Shown piece after piece: positions 1 through 8,970 of a DNA stretch of 64,000 nucleotides (positions are counted from its first letter, which is position 1; the number at the start of each line of letters is the position of its first letter). Source of the stretch: a virus (Duplodnaviria > Heunggongvirae > Uroviricota > Caudoviricetes). The position numbers were made by a program, and so were the translations under genes. The notes under the pieces are model-generated. The model had not been told where the DNA came from. It saw nothing but the letters and a program-made list of their open reading frames with translations, and did not search any database. The stretch is from IMG/VR virus record IMGVR_UViG_3300011337_000467, positions 31,723-95,722 of that record, one strand, 5' to 3'.

Positions 1-378
1 TTGAGCATCACCGGCAACACAGCCACAGTGACCACAGCCAACTACTCCATTGGTTACTTGAATATTCCTCAAATAAGTCTTGCTGCCAACACCACCACTG
101 CACTCACAGACAGTGGCAAACATTACTATTCGACTAGTGCTTCAAACTTGTCACTAACCATTGCCGATAACTCTTCAGTTGCCTGGCCAGTAGGAACTGC
201 TATTTCAATTGTGAATGCCAACACAGGAAACATTTTGATAAATCAAGGTACAGGCGTAAGCCTCTATCTAGCAGGCAATGCAACTGCAGGCAACAGAGTG
301 TTGAGCACATTTGGTATGGCCACCATTATGAACACCGCAGCCAATGTTTGGTTCATTAACGGAACAGGACTAACATAA
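1..378 (+). CDS. Structural (tail-fibre-like) protein, C-terminal fragment; the ORF runs off the 5' edge of the window
   Basis: Open frame from base 1 with no in-window start. Thr/Asn/Gly/Ser-rich, low-complexity composition typical of fibre or adhesin proteins. Confidence 0.4.
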   Translation: MSITGNTATVTTANYSIGYLNIPQISLAANTTTALTDSGKHYYSTSASNLSLTIADNSSVAWPVGTAISIVNANTGNILINQGTGVSLYLAGNATAGNRVLSTFGMATIMNTAANVWFINGTGLT

Positions 379-1124
379 TGAGCGGAATCATGATGAGCGG
401 TATGAACAATATTGTGCCTGCTAGTTCAGTAAGTTATACTGCACTTGCGGGTAGTTTGCAATTTAACGGCAGCAGTCAATATCTCTCAATGACACCAGGA
501 TTTGCGTTAGGTAGCGGTGCTTACACTATAGAAGGCTGGTTCTACAACAACAGTACCTACGCTGCCCAAAAGGGATTTGTTGCTACAGATCAATCGGCTG
601 CCCTAAGTTTATTCAACAATGATGCACAGTCATTTACCTTGGACAAATACGGCGGCCTAGGTGCTAGAACTTATACTTTTCCCAATAACACCTTACAAGT
701 CAATCAGTGGCAGTACATCATCCTCAACCGTAATGCTAGTACACTAGTAGAAACTATGTGGGTAGGCACTTTTGTCAATACTAGTGCTTATGTGACTTGT
801 AATCGTGCTACTGCTGCCGCAGGAGGTTCTAGTGTGAGCGGGGGAACACAGGTTAACAATCTTGATTACACAGGTGTCTGTAACTGGATAGGCAGATTCT
901 ATGGTGGATATTGGCCTGGCTTTATAACTAACCTTAGAATCACTGTTGGGTCGGCTGTGTATAACAGCACCAGTAGTACAGTTACAGCACCGTCGGCGCC
1001 ATTGCCCAGTCTGGCTAACACCAAATACTTGATGTTGGGTGCGGCGGTGACTACAGACACATCAGGCACACAAACTGTAACCAATAACGGCACAGTGACA
1101 CAAACTGCAACCGTACCATTCTAA
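378..1124 (+). CDS. Structural protein with a concanavalin-A/LamG-like lectin domain signature
   Basis: 248-aa ORF whose start overlaps the previous stop (TAATG). Contains 'YTIEGWF' and 'NQWQYIILNR', which resemble LamG/glucanase-fold strands. Thr-rich C-terminus. Confidence 0.4.
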   Translation: MSGIMMSGMNNIVPASSVSYTALAGSLQFNGSSQYLSMTPGFALGSGAYTIEGWFYNNSTYAAQKGFVATDQSAALSLFNNDAQSFTLDKYGGLGARTYTFPNNTLQVNQWQYIILNRNASTLVETMWVGTFVNTSAYVTCNRATAAAGGSSVSGGTQVNNLDYTGVCNWIGRFYGGYWPGFITNLRITVGSAVYNSTSSTVTAPSAPLPSLANTKYLMLGAAVTTDTSGTQTVTNNGTVTQTATVPF

Positions 1125-1135
1125 AGAGGTAACAT

Positions 1136-1663
1136 ATGACAACAAAAATGTCAGAGTCAGAAAAGAAAAAAGAAGATTGGATGAACTCCAAATGGCGTCC
1201 AATGATGGGTTGGTCATACATGCTGACCTGTATTGCATACTTTGTGATATTTCCAGTGCTATGGTCAATTCTGCAAAGTGTAAGCAAAGGCCAAGTCAAC
1301 GTGCAGTGGCAACCTATTACACTGCAAGGTGCAGGCTTGTATCACATTGCCATGGGTGCTGTGCTGGGTATTGCGGCTTATGGTCGCACACAAGAAAAAC
1401 TGGGAGGAGCCAACAATGGAGGAATCCAACTACCACCGAATGTGGGTACAACATATACGCCGCCGCCAGCAGTGGGACAACAGCCCAGTAACTTTGGTGC
1501 ACCAGTGGCCACAACAATTACCCAAAGTTTCGGCACCCCTGTGTCAGCAGGCTATGGCGTACCCACCGCTGCCGCTTGGGGTACAACAGCCACCGCAGAC
1601 GTAACAGCGGGATGGGGAGGCAAAAAAGCACCCCCAGTCATTACAGATTTTCCAGAGAGATAA
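1136..1663 (+). CDS. Membrane protein with an N-terminal TM helix and a Gly/Pro/Thr-rich extracytoplasmic tail
   Basis: AAGAGG Shine-Dalgarno 7 nt upstream. Hydrophobic segment 'WSYMLTCIAYFVIFPVLWSIL' followed by a low-complexity G/P/T/A tail. Confidence 0.45.
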   Translation: MTTKMSESEKKKEDWMNSKWRPMMGWSYMLTCIAYFVIFPVLWSILQSVSKGQVNVQWQPITLQGAGLYHIAMGAVLGIAAYGRTQEKLGGANNGGIQLPPNVGTTYTPPPAVGQQPSNFGAPVATTITQSFGTPVSAGYGVPTAAAWGTTATADVTAGWGGKKAPPVITDFPER

Positions 1664-1664
1664 A

Positions 1665-1871
1665 ATGAAAAATATTATATTTGTAGCAGGATTGATTCTT
1701 TGCTTGCCAGCTGTGGCTGACGAACCCAAACAAACCCGAAAGGTCTGTGTAGACGTCAAAGACAAAGAAGGCAAAGAAGTCAAGGACAAGAACGGTAAAG
1801 TCAAACAGAACTGCAAAGAAATCAAACAGCACAAAAAGCTGGATGGCGAAAAAGTTCCTGAAAAGAAGTAA
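1665..1871 (+). CDS. Small secreted Lys-rich protein
   Basis: Signal peptide 'MKNIIFVAGLILCLPAVA|DEP' followed by a KEGK/KDK-rich mature part. Start overlaps the upstream stop. Confidence 0.4.
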   Translation: MKNIIFVAGLILCLPAVADEPKQTRKVCVDVKDKEGKEVKDKNGKVKQNCKEIKQHKKLDGEKVPEKK

Positions 1872-1874
1872 GGA

Positions 1875-1903
1875 TTTGACAACGCTGGTTGGACGTAGTA
1901 TAA
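1875..1903 (+). promoter_or_regulatory. sigma70-type promoter (TTGACA-17-TATAAT) driving a near-leaderless DnaJ-like transcript
   Basis: TTGACA at 1875-1880, exact 17-nt spacer, TATAAT at 1898-1903. The ATG at 1913 lies only ~10 nt downstream of the -10. Confidence 0.6.
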
Positions 1904-1912
1904 TTACTAGCT

Positions 1913-2698
1913 ATGTCTGACCATTATGCCACACTAGGTGTTGCCCGAACTGCCACACCGGATGAAATCAAACGAGCCTTCCGCAAGTTGGCCTCACAGC
2001 ATCATCCTGACAAAGGTGGCAATACCCAAAAGTTTCAAGAGATACAAGCAGCCTATGACACCCTAGGCGATGCTGCCAAACGAGCTGACTACGACAATCC
2101 ACGCCCTCAGTTTTCTGGCATGCCTGGTGGCGCACACTTCAACATGAATGACATCTTTTCAAGCATGTTTGGTGGCCAATCACCATTTGGGCAACAACCA
2201 CGTAGACAGCAATCGCACACCAGAATGACGTTATGGATCCGCATGACTGATGTGGCACAAGGTGGTACTCGACCAGTAGCAGTGGGCACACCACACGGAC
2301 AAAGCACCATTGAAGTGGAAATACCACTTGGTATCAATGATGGTGACAACGTGCAGTATCAGGGCCTAGCACCTGGTGGAGGAGATTTGGTCATACAGTT
2401 TAGAGTGCATCCAGATCCCTTATGGCAACGCAATGGTCTAGACCTTGTGACTGATGTCACAGCAGATATCTGGAGCATGATTCTAGGATCAGATATCACA
2501 GTACAAACACTTACCGGATCCCAATTGACCACTAGCATGCCGCAGTATACACAACCCAAAACACTCATAAGATTGCGTGGACATGGCCTGCGTGATCGAT
2601 CAGGCAACACTGGTGATCTCATGATCCGTGTGATGCCCACAATACCCAAAACCATTCGCCCCGAATTGCTCGAAGCCATTGAAAAATACCGTGAATAA
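1913..2698 (+). CDS. DnaJ-like co-chaperone (J domain plus DnaJ C-terminal substrate-binding region)
   Basis: 'DYYATLGV..A...EIK.A.RKLA...HPDK' J-domain with the HPD motif. Gly/Phe-rich linker. No zinc-finger CxxCxGxG repeats, so it resembles the DnaJ/CbpA class. Confidence 0.8.
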   Translation: MSDHYATLGVARTATPDEIKRAFRKLASQHHPDKGGNTQKFQEIQAAYDTLGDAAKRADYDNPRPQFSGMPGGAHFNMNDIFSSMFGGQSPFGQQPRRQQSHTRMTLWIRMTDVAQGGTRPVAVGTPHGQSTIEVEIPLGINDGDNVQYQGLAPGGGDLVIQFRVHPDPLWQRNGLDLVTDVTADIWSMILGSDITVQTLTGSQLTTSMPQYTQPKTLIRLRGHGLRDRSGNTGDLMIRVMPTIPKTIRPELLEAIEKYRE

Positions 2699-2710
2699 AT
2701 ATCAAAACAC

Positions 2711-2739
2711 TTGCATGCTGTTTGAAATTGCAGTATAAT
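2711..2739 (+). promoter_or_regulatory. sigma70-type promoter (TTGCAT-17-TATAAT) upstream of the ClpA-like gene
   Basis: TTGCAT at 2711-2716, 17-nt spacer, TATAAT at 2734-2739. AAGGA Shine-Dalgarno before the ATG at 2757. Confidence 0.55.
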
Positions 2740-2756
2740 AACAAAAACTACCAAGG

Positions 2757-5036
2757 ATGCTAATGCAACAAAATCCCGAAATTGAACACATCATTGAACA
2801 AGCAGTGAGCATTGCTCGTGTTGAGAAACATGAGTTTGTGATCACAGAGCATTTATTGCTGGCACTGATTCAGTACGATCCATTCCGCAAGTGCCTGGAT
2901 CGATTTGGTGTGGAAGTCACACAGATGGAACAAGAAATTGTGAATTACTTGAGCAGTCTGCGCAGTATCACAAAAACAGAAGACTATCAGCCAAAGAAAA
3001 CACAGACCATTGAACGCATATTCAACAGGGCCAATGTGCAGGTGATGTTTACAGGGCGTCGAGCAATGACCACTATTGACTTGTATCTGTCAATCATGGC
3101 CGAAACCAACAGCCACGCACACTACTTCTTTCTCAAGTATGGCGTGAAAAAGACTGAGTTTGTGAAACACTGGGAGTCCAGCTACAATCGACAAGACGTC
3201 AAAATGACTGACAAACAGGCCACAGAAATCTTGACAGAATACTGTACCAATCTTACTGATAGCGCCCGAAACAATCAGTTGGAGCCGTTGATTGGTCGAC
3301 GAGAAGAACTGGCAGAAATGATTGCTGTGTTGGCTCGTAGATTCAAATCAAATGTGCTGATGGTTGGCGATCCTGGTGTGGGCAAGACTTGCATTGTGGA
3401 TGGACTGGCACAAGAACTCATAGCCGGCAACGTGCCAGAGTTCTTGAAAGATCACGAAGTATGGTCGCTAGAGATTGGCACACTGCTGGCAGGATCCAAG
3501 TATCGCGGTGAGTTTGAAGAAAAGTTCAAGGCAGTGATTGCGGCCTTAGAAGCCAAGAAGAAATGCATCCTGTTCATTGACGAAGCACACACCATGCGTG
3601 GTGCTGGATCAGGTTCAAACAGTTCATTAGACTTTGCCAACATGTTGAAGCCTGCTATTACCAAGGGCAGTTTGAAAGTTATTGGGTCAACCACTTGGGA
3701 AGAATACTATGAATCGTTTGAGAAAGATCGCGCACTCATGCGTAGATTCTACCGCTTGAGTATTGATGAGCCGGATACTGCGACCACAGAGCAGATTCTT
3801 ATTGGCTTATCTCCCCGGCTGGAAACGTTTCACAATGTGCTGATCGAAACTGATGCCATAATGAGTGCTGTGGAGTTTGGCAACAGATACATTCACGACA
3901 AAAAGAATCCTGACAAAGCAATTGACTTGTTGGATGCTGCCTGTGCTAGAGAGCGTGTGAAAGATGCTGGTACAATCAAAGTCACTAGGGATCAAATCAT
4001 GGCACAGGTATCGCGTGTGACTTCTGTACCCATGGATCGCTTGCAGAACGAGCGTTCTGCAAAGATTGTGGAACTGGATTCAAACATCAAACAACGGTTG
4101 TATGGTCAAGACGCCGCAGTAGACTCGGTGCTAGAACGTGTGTACATCAACTTCTCAGGTATTGGTCAAGACAAAAAGCCCATTGCTAGTTTCTTGTTCC
4201 TGGGTCCCACAGGCACAGGCAAAACAGAATTGGCTCGATTGTTAGCCGACAACTTGGACATGAAACTGTTGAAATATGACATGAGTGAATATCAAGAACG
4301 CCATACTGTATCAAGTTTGATTGGTGCTCCTCCTGGCTACGTGGGATTTGACGACTCTAATGTGAGTGGTGGCAAACTGATCTCTGACATCAGCAAGAGC
4401 CCATTTGCTGTGTTGTTGTTTGACGAAATTGAAAAAGCACACCCTGATGTGGTAAACATCATGTTGCAGATGTTGGACGAAGGTCGCATCACAGGTGCAA
4501 ACGGCAAGAGTGTGGATCTAAAGAACACTATCATCATCATGACTTCAAACTTAGGAGCACGAGATTCGGAAGCAAATAACATCGGCTTTGGTAGCTTTGA
4601 AAAGACTGGTGAAGATGACCGAGCCCTCAAAGAGTTCTTTAGGCCTGAACTGCGCAACAGGATTGACCAGATTGTCAAGTTTGCCAAGCTGGACACCTTG
4701 GCCATCAAGAAAGTTGTGGTCAAGTTTGTGGATGAACTCAAAACGAGTTTGCTTGCAAAAGGTATACGCCTCAATCTATCCGAATCAGCCGTTGACACAC
4801 TTGCTGACAAAGGCTACGATTCGAAGATGGGTGCGCGACCACTCTCTCGCAAGATTGACGAATTGATCCGTGTGCCGTTGAGCAAGAAGATCTTGTTTGA
4901 TCGCTTGCGTGATTGCTCAATCACTGCTGATGTTGTGGCGGATGAAATTGTGTTTGATGTTCAAGCAGACATCCCGGTGGAAGTTGTGGCCAGTGTGAAC
5001 GCTGATGGAATCATAGTGGTGGACAATGAGAAGTGA
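2757..5036 (+). CDS. ClpA/ClpB-family double-AAA+ ATPase (unfoldase/chaperone)
   Basis: Two AAA modules with Walker A 'GDPGVGKT' and 'GPTGTGKT', Walker B 'LLFDEIEKAH', and sensor region 'IIIMTSN'. The 759-aa length fits ClpA-type proteins without the ClpB middle domain. Confidence 0.85.
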   Translation: MLMQQNPEIEHIIEQAVSIARVEKHEFVITEHLLLALIQYDPFRKCLDRFGVEVTQMEQEIVNYLSSLRSITKTEDYQPKKTQTIERIFNRANVQVMFTGRRAMTTIDLYLSIMAETNSHAHYFFLKYGVKKTEFVKHWESSYNRQDVKMTDKQATEILTEYCTNLTDSARNNQLEPLIGRREELAEMIAVLARRFKSNVLMVGDPGVGKTCIVDGLAQELIAGNVPEFLKDHEVWSLEIGTLLAGSKYRGEFEEKFKAVIAALEAKKKCILFIDEAHTMRGAGSGSNSSLDFANMLKPAITKGSLKVIGSTTWEEYYESFEKDRALMRRFYRLSIDEPDTATTEQILIGLSPRLETFHNVLIETDAIMSAVEFGNRYIHDKKNPDKAIDLLDAACARERVKDAGTIKVTRDQIMAQVSRVTSVPMDRLQNERSAKIVELDSNIKQRLYGQDAAVDSVLERVYINFSGIGQDKKPIASFLFLGPTGTGKTELARLLADNLDMKLLKYDMSEYQERHTVSSLIGAPPGYVGFDDSNVSGGKLISDISKSPFAVLLFDEIEKAHPDVVNIMLQMLDEGRITGANGKSVDLKNTIIIMTSNLGARDSEANNIGFGSFEKTGEDDRALKEFFRPELRNRIDQIVKFAKLDTLAIKKVVVKFVDELKTSLLAKGIRLNLSESAVDTLADKGYDSKMGARPLSRKIDELIRVPLSKKILFDRLRDCSITADVVADEIVFDVQADIPVEVVASVNADGIIVVDNEK

Positions 5037-5721
5037 ATCGCGTAGTTCGTTGTATTACAACGCATATGAATATGCCATGACCTGGCAGCAGGACGAGATT
5101 GGCTGTATTCGCAGTCTTGATCAAAACAAAATGCTGTCGCACATTCGCATGAGAATGGATTACGAACAAAGTAGAAATTCTCATTACCAACGATATAACG
5201 AAAAATTTGAAAGCAAATTTACCACACGCTGTCGCGACAATTTAGAAGGCATGCGAGCACTGTTAGCCGCAGAAACTCACCCAAAGAAAATGGTGTTCTT
5301 TAACAATTTTCTCACAGTGTACACAAACAATCTTGGCCTGCATGGTCGATTGATGGCGTGCGATTGGATTGAGTCTGTAGATCTCAAACGAGCAGAACTC
5401 AACTTGCCACCTGATACCATACTGTTGAAAAATCCACAATATCAGTACCGCACTTATTTCCGTGGACGATCACTTGGCAAAACACAAAAGGCCCGACTGG
5501 CTGCATGGGTAACCACCCAGGGCGATGACATTGCAGCCAGCAAGAGTTTGCAGGCATTTTTAAATATTGAAATCAGTCCAAAACAAATGTACTGGTGGCG
5601 CGGCGACGCCACTGAAAGCTATTACTACATTGAGCACAACAGTTTACAATACGAAACCATGTTGAGTATGATATGTCCGGGCATGGTTAGAAAAACCCTG
5701 CCCATAGTAAAAAAACAATAA
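5026..5721 (+). CDS. Hypothetical protein
   Basis: 231-aa ORF overlapping the clpA-like stop. The true start may be the internal Met 'MTWQQDE' (~5077). No recognisable motif. Confidence 0.4.
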   Translation: MRSESRSSLYYNAYEYAMTWQQDEIGCIRSLDQNKMLSHIRMRMDYEQSRNSHYQRYNEKFESKFTTRCRDNLEGMRALLAAETHPKKMVFFNNFLTVYTNNLGLHGRLMACDWIESVDLKRAELNLPPDTILLKNPQYQYRTYFRGRSLGKTQKARLAAWVTTQGDDIAASKSLQAFLNIEISPKQMYWWRGDATESYYYIEHNSLQYETMLSMICPGMVRKTLPIVKKQ

Positions 5722-5731
5722 ATAACACACT

Positions 5732-5896
5732 ATGGCAAAAATACACGAAGAAATAGTTGTGATCAAACTATCAAAATTGGTCAAAGACGATGCCTCAGTG
5801 CAAGCAATTGCCACTGATGACATTGTGGCAGCATTGCAATCAGTAGCAGAAGAACTGGCTGGCGCCGGTGTTGTTGTGGAAGCGGACCGCGCATAA
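5732..5896 (+). CDS. Small hypothetical protein (54 aa, acidic/Ala-Val-rich)
   Basis: ATG at 5732, stop overlapping the next ATG (TAATG at 5894-5898). It exactly fills the gap between two genes. Confidence 0.3.
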   Translation: MAKIHEEIVVIKLSKLVKDDASVQAIATDDIVAALQSVAEELAGAGVVVEADRA

Positions 5897-6261
5897 TGTC
5901 GCAAACGCAGACCATCTTAGCTACCACAGTTTACGGGCAAGCATCCGGCAACTATGACGGATCAAGCCAAGACTGGTATTCAGATCCTGCACAAGCCGCA
6001 GATTATTATCGTGGGCGTGGTGGACTACAAACTGTAACGTTTAGCCTGGATCAATTTGAAGGAAGAATTGTGTTGCAGGCCACACTAGATACTGTGCCTG
6101 CTACTGCCACATGGTTTGATGTGTATGAAATAGGTGATGGCAGTAGTATTCCACTTACTGATTATCACCCCGAAAGCATTGTGGGCAATTTTGTATGGGT
6201 CCGCACCAATGTCACTGCATTTGAAGGTGGCACTATAAATTCTGTAACTATCACTTATTAA
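5896..6261 (+). CDS. Hypothetical protein
   Basis: 121-aa ORF, tightly packed, no motif recognised. Confidence 0.4.
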   Translation: MSQTQTILATTVYGQASGNYDGSSQDWYSDPAQAADYYRGRGGLQTVTFSLDQFEGRIVLQATLDTVPATATWFDVYEIGDGSSIPLTDYHPESIVGNFVWVRTNVTAFEGGTINSVTITY

Positions 6262-6263
6262 CT

Positions 6264-6701
6264 ATGACACAAGAAAATCTCACCCCATTTCGTTGCGAAA
6301 TTAGCACTTCTGATCCAACTGTGCCGTTGAGCCTGCGTGTAATTTTAAACGGCCAGGTAATACTTGATCAGCAACATGTAAAAGAAACCATACCATTTGA
6401 ATGTTGGATTCCAGATGCTGAACAACAGCACACATTGATATTTGAAATGTCGGGCAAAACACAGCAACATACTGTGGTCAATGACGCTGGCGAAATTGTT
6501 AAAGATGCACTGTTGACATTAACCAATTTTAGTATTGATGAGATATCGTTAGACAACATCAAAACATTCAAATACGAACACAATTTCAACGGCACAGGTG
6601 ACAAAACTATCAATCCTTTTTATGGAAATATGGGTTGTAATGGCCAGGTAATTGTAGAATTTTCCACACCAATTTATCTGTGGTTGCTGGAAAATATGTA
6701 A
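6264..6701 (+). CDS. Hypothetical protein
   Basis: 145-aa ORF starting 3 nt after the previous stop. Confidence 0.4.
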   Translation: MTQENLTPFRCEISTSDPTVPLSLRVILNGQVILDQQHVKETIPFECWIPDAEQQHTLIFEMSGKTQQHTVVNDAGEIVKDALLTLTNFSIDEISLDNIKTFKYEHNFNGTGDKTINPFYGNMGCNGQVIVEFSTPIYLWLLENM

Positions 6702-6717
6702 CTACTAAATACAGTGT

Positions 6718-7815
6718 ATGACCACTGTAGTAATCATGCCCGGGGGATTTCATCCTTTCCATGCAGGGCACCTAGCACTTTATCAATCCGCGCAACGGGC
6801 ATTCCCTGACGCTGAAGTTTTTGTGGCAGCCACCAATGATACCTCAGCTAGACCATTTCCGTTTGCAGTAAAAGAAAAACTGGCCAAGCTGGCTGGGGTA
6901 GATGCTGGTCATTTTGTACAGGTTAAATCACCGTTTCGTGCTGAAGAAATTACTAGTAGATTTGATCCTGCTCGGGACACGTTAATTTTTGTGCGTTCAG
7001 ACAAAGACGCTACAAAACAGCCACAGGCCGGCGGCATAAAGAAAGATGGCAATCCTGCGTACTTGCAACCACTGATAGGTGCCAAGCGACTGGAGCCGTT
7101 TGCCAAGCACGCCTACATGGCCTACTTGCCCACAGTGGAGTTTGGTCCCGGAATGACGTCAGCTACAGAAATTCGTAGCGCATGGCCACAATTGAATAAT
7201 CAGCGAAAAACTGCACTAGTAATGAGTCTGTACCCAAAGACTCAAGGCAATCTCAAGCTGGCACAGACTGTGGTCAAAATATTAGACGCAGCAATAGGCA
7301 GCACAGAAAGTGTTACCGAAGCTGTCAAAAAGTGCCCTCCTGCCACACAAGACATTACACTGAATCTCAAGAACAGACAAAAAGCCATCGACGAATATGG
7401 CTACGGACCACTCAACCCAGACATGCCCAACACCAAGTTTTGGATGAAGAAGGTTGACGAATGGAATCTTGACAGCATGGAAGAAGCACAGCAAAGTCTG
7501 TGCGGCAACTGTGCGGCATTTGACATACGTCAAGACACACTAGACTGCATTGCCCAAGGTATTGACAGCGACTCACCCGAGGACGCTGAAGGTGTGATTG
7601 ACGCAGGAGATCTGGGCTACTGCAAGTTCCTAAAATTCAAGTGCGCCAGTCGCAGAACCTGCGATGCCTGGGTCACAGGTGGTCCTCTGATGGACAAACC
7701 TGATGTGGCAGAAATGGACGGACAAAACTTTGTGGGCGGAATGACCGCCAGTTATCAACAACGTGAAAATCAACCCATTGCAGAAGATTACATTGACGAA
7801 CGATCAAACCGATAA
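6718..7815 (+). CDS. Nucleotidyltransferase (HxGH cytidylyl/adenylyltransferase fold) with a Cys-rich C-terminal domain
   Basis: N-terminal 'VVIMPGGFHPFHAGHL' matches the (T/H)xGH signature of class-I nucleotidyltransferases. The C-terminus carries several CxxC-like pairs (CGNCAAF...CKFLKFKC). Confidence 0.5.
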   Translation: MTTVVIMPGGFHPFHAGHLALYQSAQRAFPDAEVFVAATNDTSARPFPFAVKEKLAKLAGVDAGHFVQVKSPFRAEEITSRFDPARDTLIFVRSDKDATKQPQAGGIKKDGNPAYLQPLIGAKRLEPFAKHAYMAYLPTVEFGPGMTSATEIRSAWPQLNNQRKTALVMSLYPKTQGNLKLAQTVVKILDAAIGSTESVTEAVKKCPPATQDITLNLKNRQKAIDEYGYGPLNPDMPNTKFWMKKVDEWNLDSMEEAQQSLCGNCAAFDIRQDTLDCIAQGIDSDSPEDAEGVIDAGDLGYCKFLKFKCASRRTCDAWVTGGPLMDKPDVAEMDGQNFVGGMTASYQQRENQPIAEDYIDERSNR

Positions 7816-7846
7816 TCCTTACTACTGCCCGTTAATTTTTAACGGA

Positions 7847-8932
7847 ATGTATGTAGAAAAAGTCAATCAAGACAAAGTAAAAATATCCGCATGCTGTGTC
7901 AATACTCTTGGCCCAGAAACAGATACAATCGACTTTGATAATGACCTATATCTCCAATCACAGCGTGAGTTAGTTAGATCACGGCAATTGGTGCCTGGTT
8001 GTGATCGTTGTGATAATAATCCCAAAAACTTCAGTTTAAGGGACAGTGCAATTCAACAGTTTAACTCAGTTACAGTAAATCTGAATCAACCAACTCTTAC
8101 CAAATTAGACTGGAATGTGGATCCCATCTGTAATGCTCGTTGCATTCAGTGCAGTTCGCACTTTAGTAGTGCCTGGGCAGCAGAGGATGCGGCGCATGGC
8201 GTAATCATTGATGTGCGAGTAACTAACGCCACCAGGCACAACTCTGCCTGGGAATCCATTGATGTATCTCAATTGACGAGCCTTTATTTCAACGGCGGTG
8301 AACCCATGTTGAGCAAAGAGCCCTTGAAGTTTTTAAGAAAAATTGACCAAATTGGTACTATTTCTCAATTGAACCTATCATTTAATACCAATGGTAGCAT
8401 TAGGCCATCACAGGAGTTTATACAACTGGCAGCCAAGTGTAAATCACTGGTGGTAAATTTCAGTATTGACGGAACTGGATCAGCATTTGAATACATTAGA
8501 AATCCCTTGAACTGGGAAACTGTTGAGCAAAATATTTGTTGGTGGCATGAACAAAACATACCTGTTGTGAGTTTTAACGTGGCCTTTGTATTGGGTGTGT
8601 ACAATATTGACATTGCCGAAGACACTTACAATTGGTTTAGGAATATGCGCCAAACTTACAAAAAAATGTCAGGATTTGTAATTCATCCCTGCTACGGAAT
8701 TTTAGCATTGGAGTACAGTTCTGAAAAACTAAAACAAGTTTGGATGGAAAAATATGCTGGGCATAACTATGTCCACTCCACGATTCGTGACATATTAAAA
8801 AAATCCACCAGCACCCAAGATAACGGAAGCTGGCAACAATATCTAAAATCTATTGACAATAGACGCAATTTAGATTGGACCACGTGCTTGCCTAAACTAC
8901 ATGAGGCCTGGAAAAAATCCGAGTCTTTATAA
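7847..8932 (+). CDS. Radical SAM enzyme (subfamily A; N-terminal Cys-containing extension)
   Basis: 'CNARCIQC' CxxxCxxC cluster and 'FNGGEP' SAM-binding glycine motif. The track ORF starts at 7763 but overlaps the upstream gene, so the start was chosen at Met 7847. The start is uncertain. Confidence 0.55.
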   Translation: MYVEKVNQDKVKISACCVNTLGPETDTIDFDNDLYLQSQRELVRSRQLVPGCDRCDNNPKNFSLRDSAIQQFNSVTVNLNQPTLTKLDWNVDPICNARCIQCSSHFSSAWAAEDAAHGVIIDVRVTNATRHNSAWESIDVSQLTSLYFNGGEPMLSKEPLKFLRKIDQIGTISQLNLSFNTNGSIRPSQEFIQLAAKCKSLVVNFSIDGTGSAFEYIRNPLNWETVEQNICWWHEQNIPVVSFNVAFVLGVYNIDIAEDTYNWFRNMRQTYKKMSGFVIHPCYGILALEYSSEKLKQVWMEKYAGHNYVHSTIRDILKKSTSTQDNGSWQQYLKSIDNRRNLDWTTCLPKLHEAWKKSESL

Positions 8933-8970
8933 CCCTAGTAAATAATACACAACTTTTATGGAGACCTTCA

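Noticed and set aside
1136-1871. i-spanin / o-spanin pair interpretation of the N-TM protein and the small secreted protein
   Set aside because: The small protein has a signal-peptidase-I-type cleavage site (AVA|DE) rather than a convincing lipobox Cys, and no endolysin or holin is adjacent in the window.
7763-7846. Upstream extension of the radical SAM ORF (track start 7763)
   Set aside because: It would overlap the preceding gene by 52 nt in a different frame. The first internal Met (7847) was preferred, although the extended start cannot be excluded.
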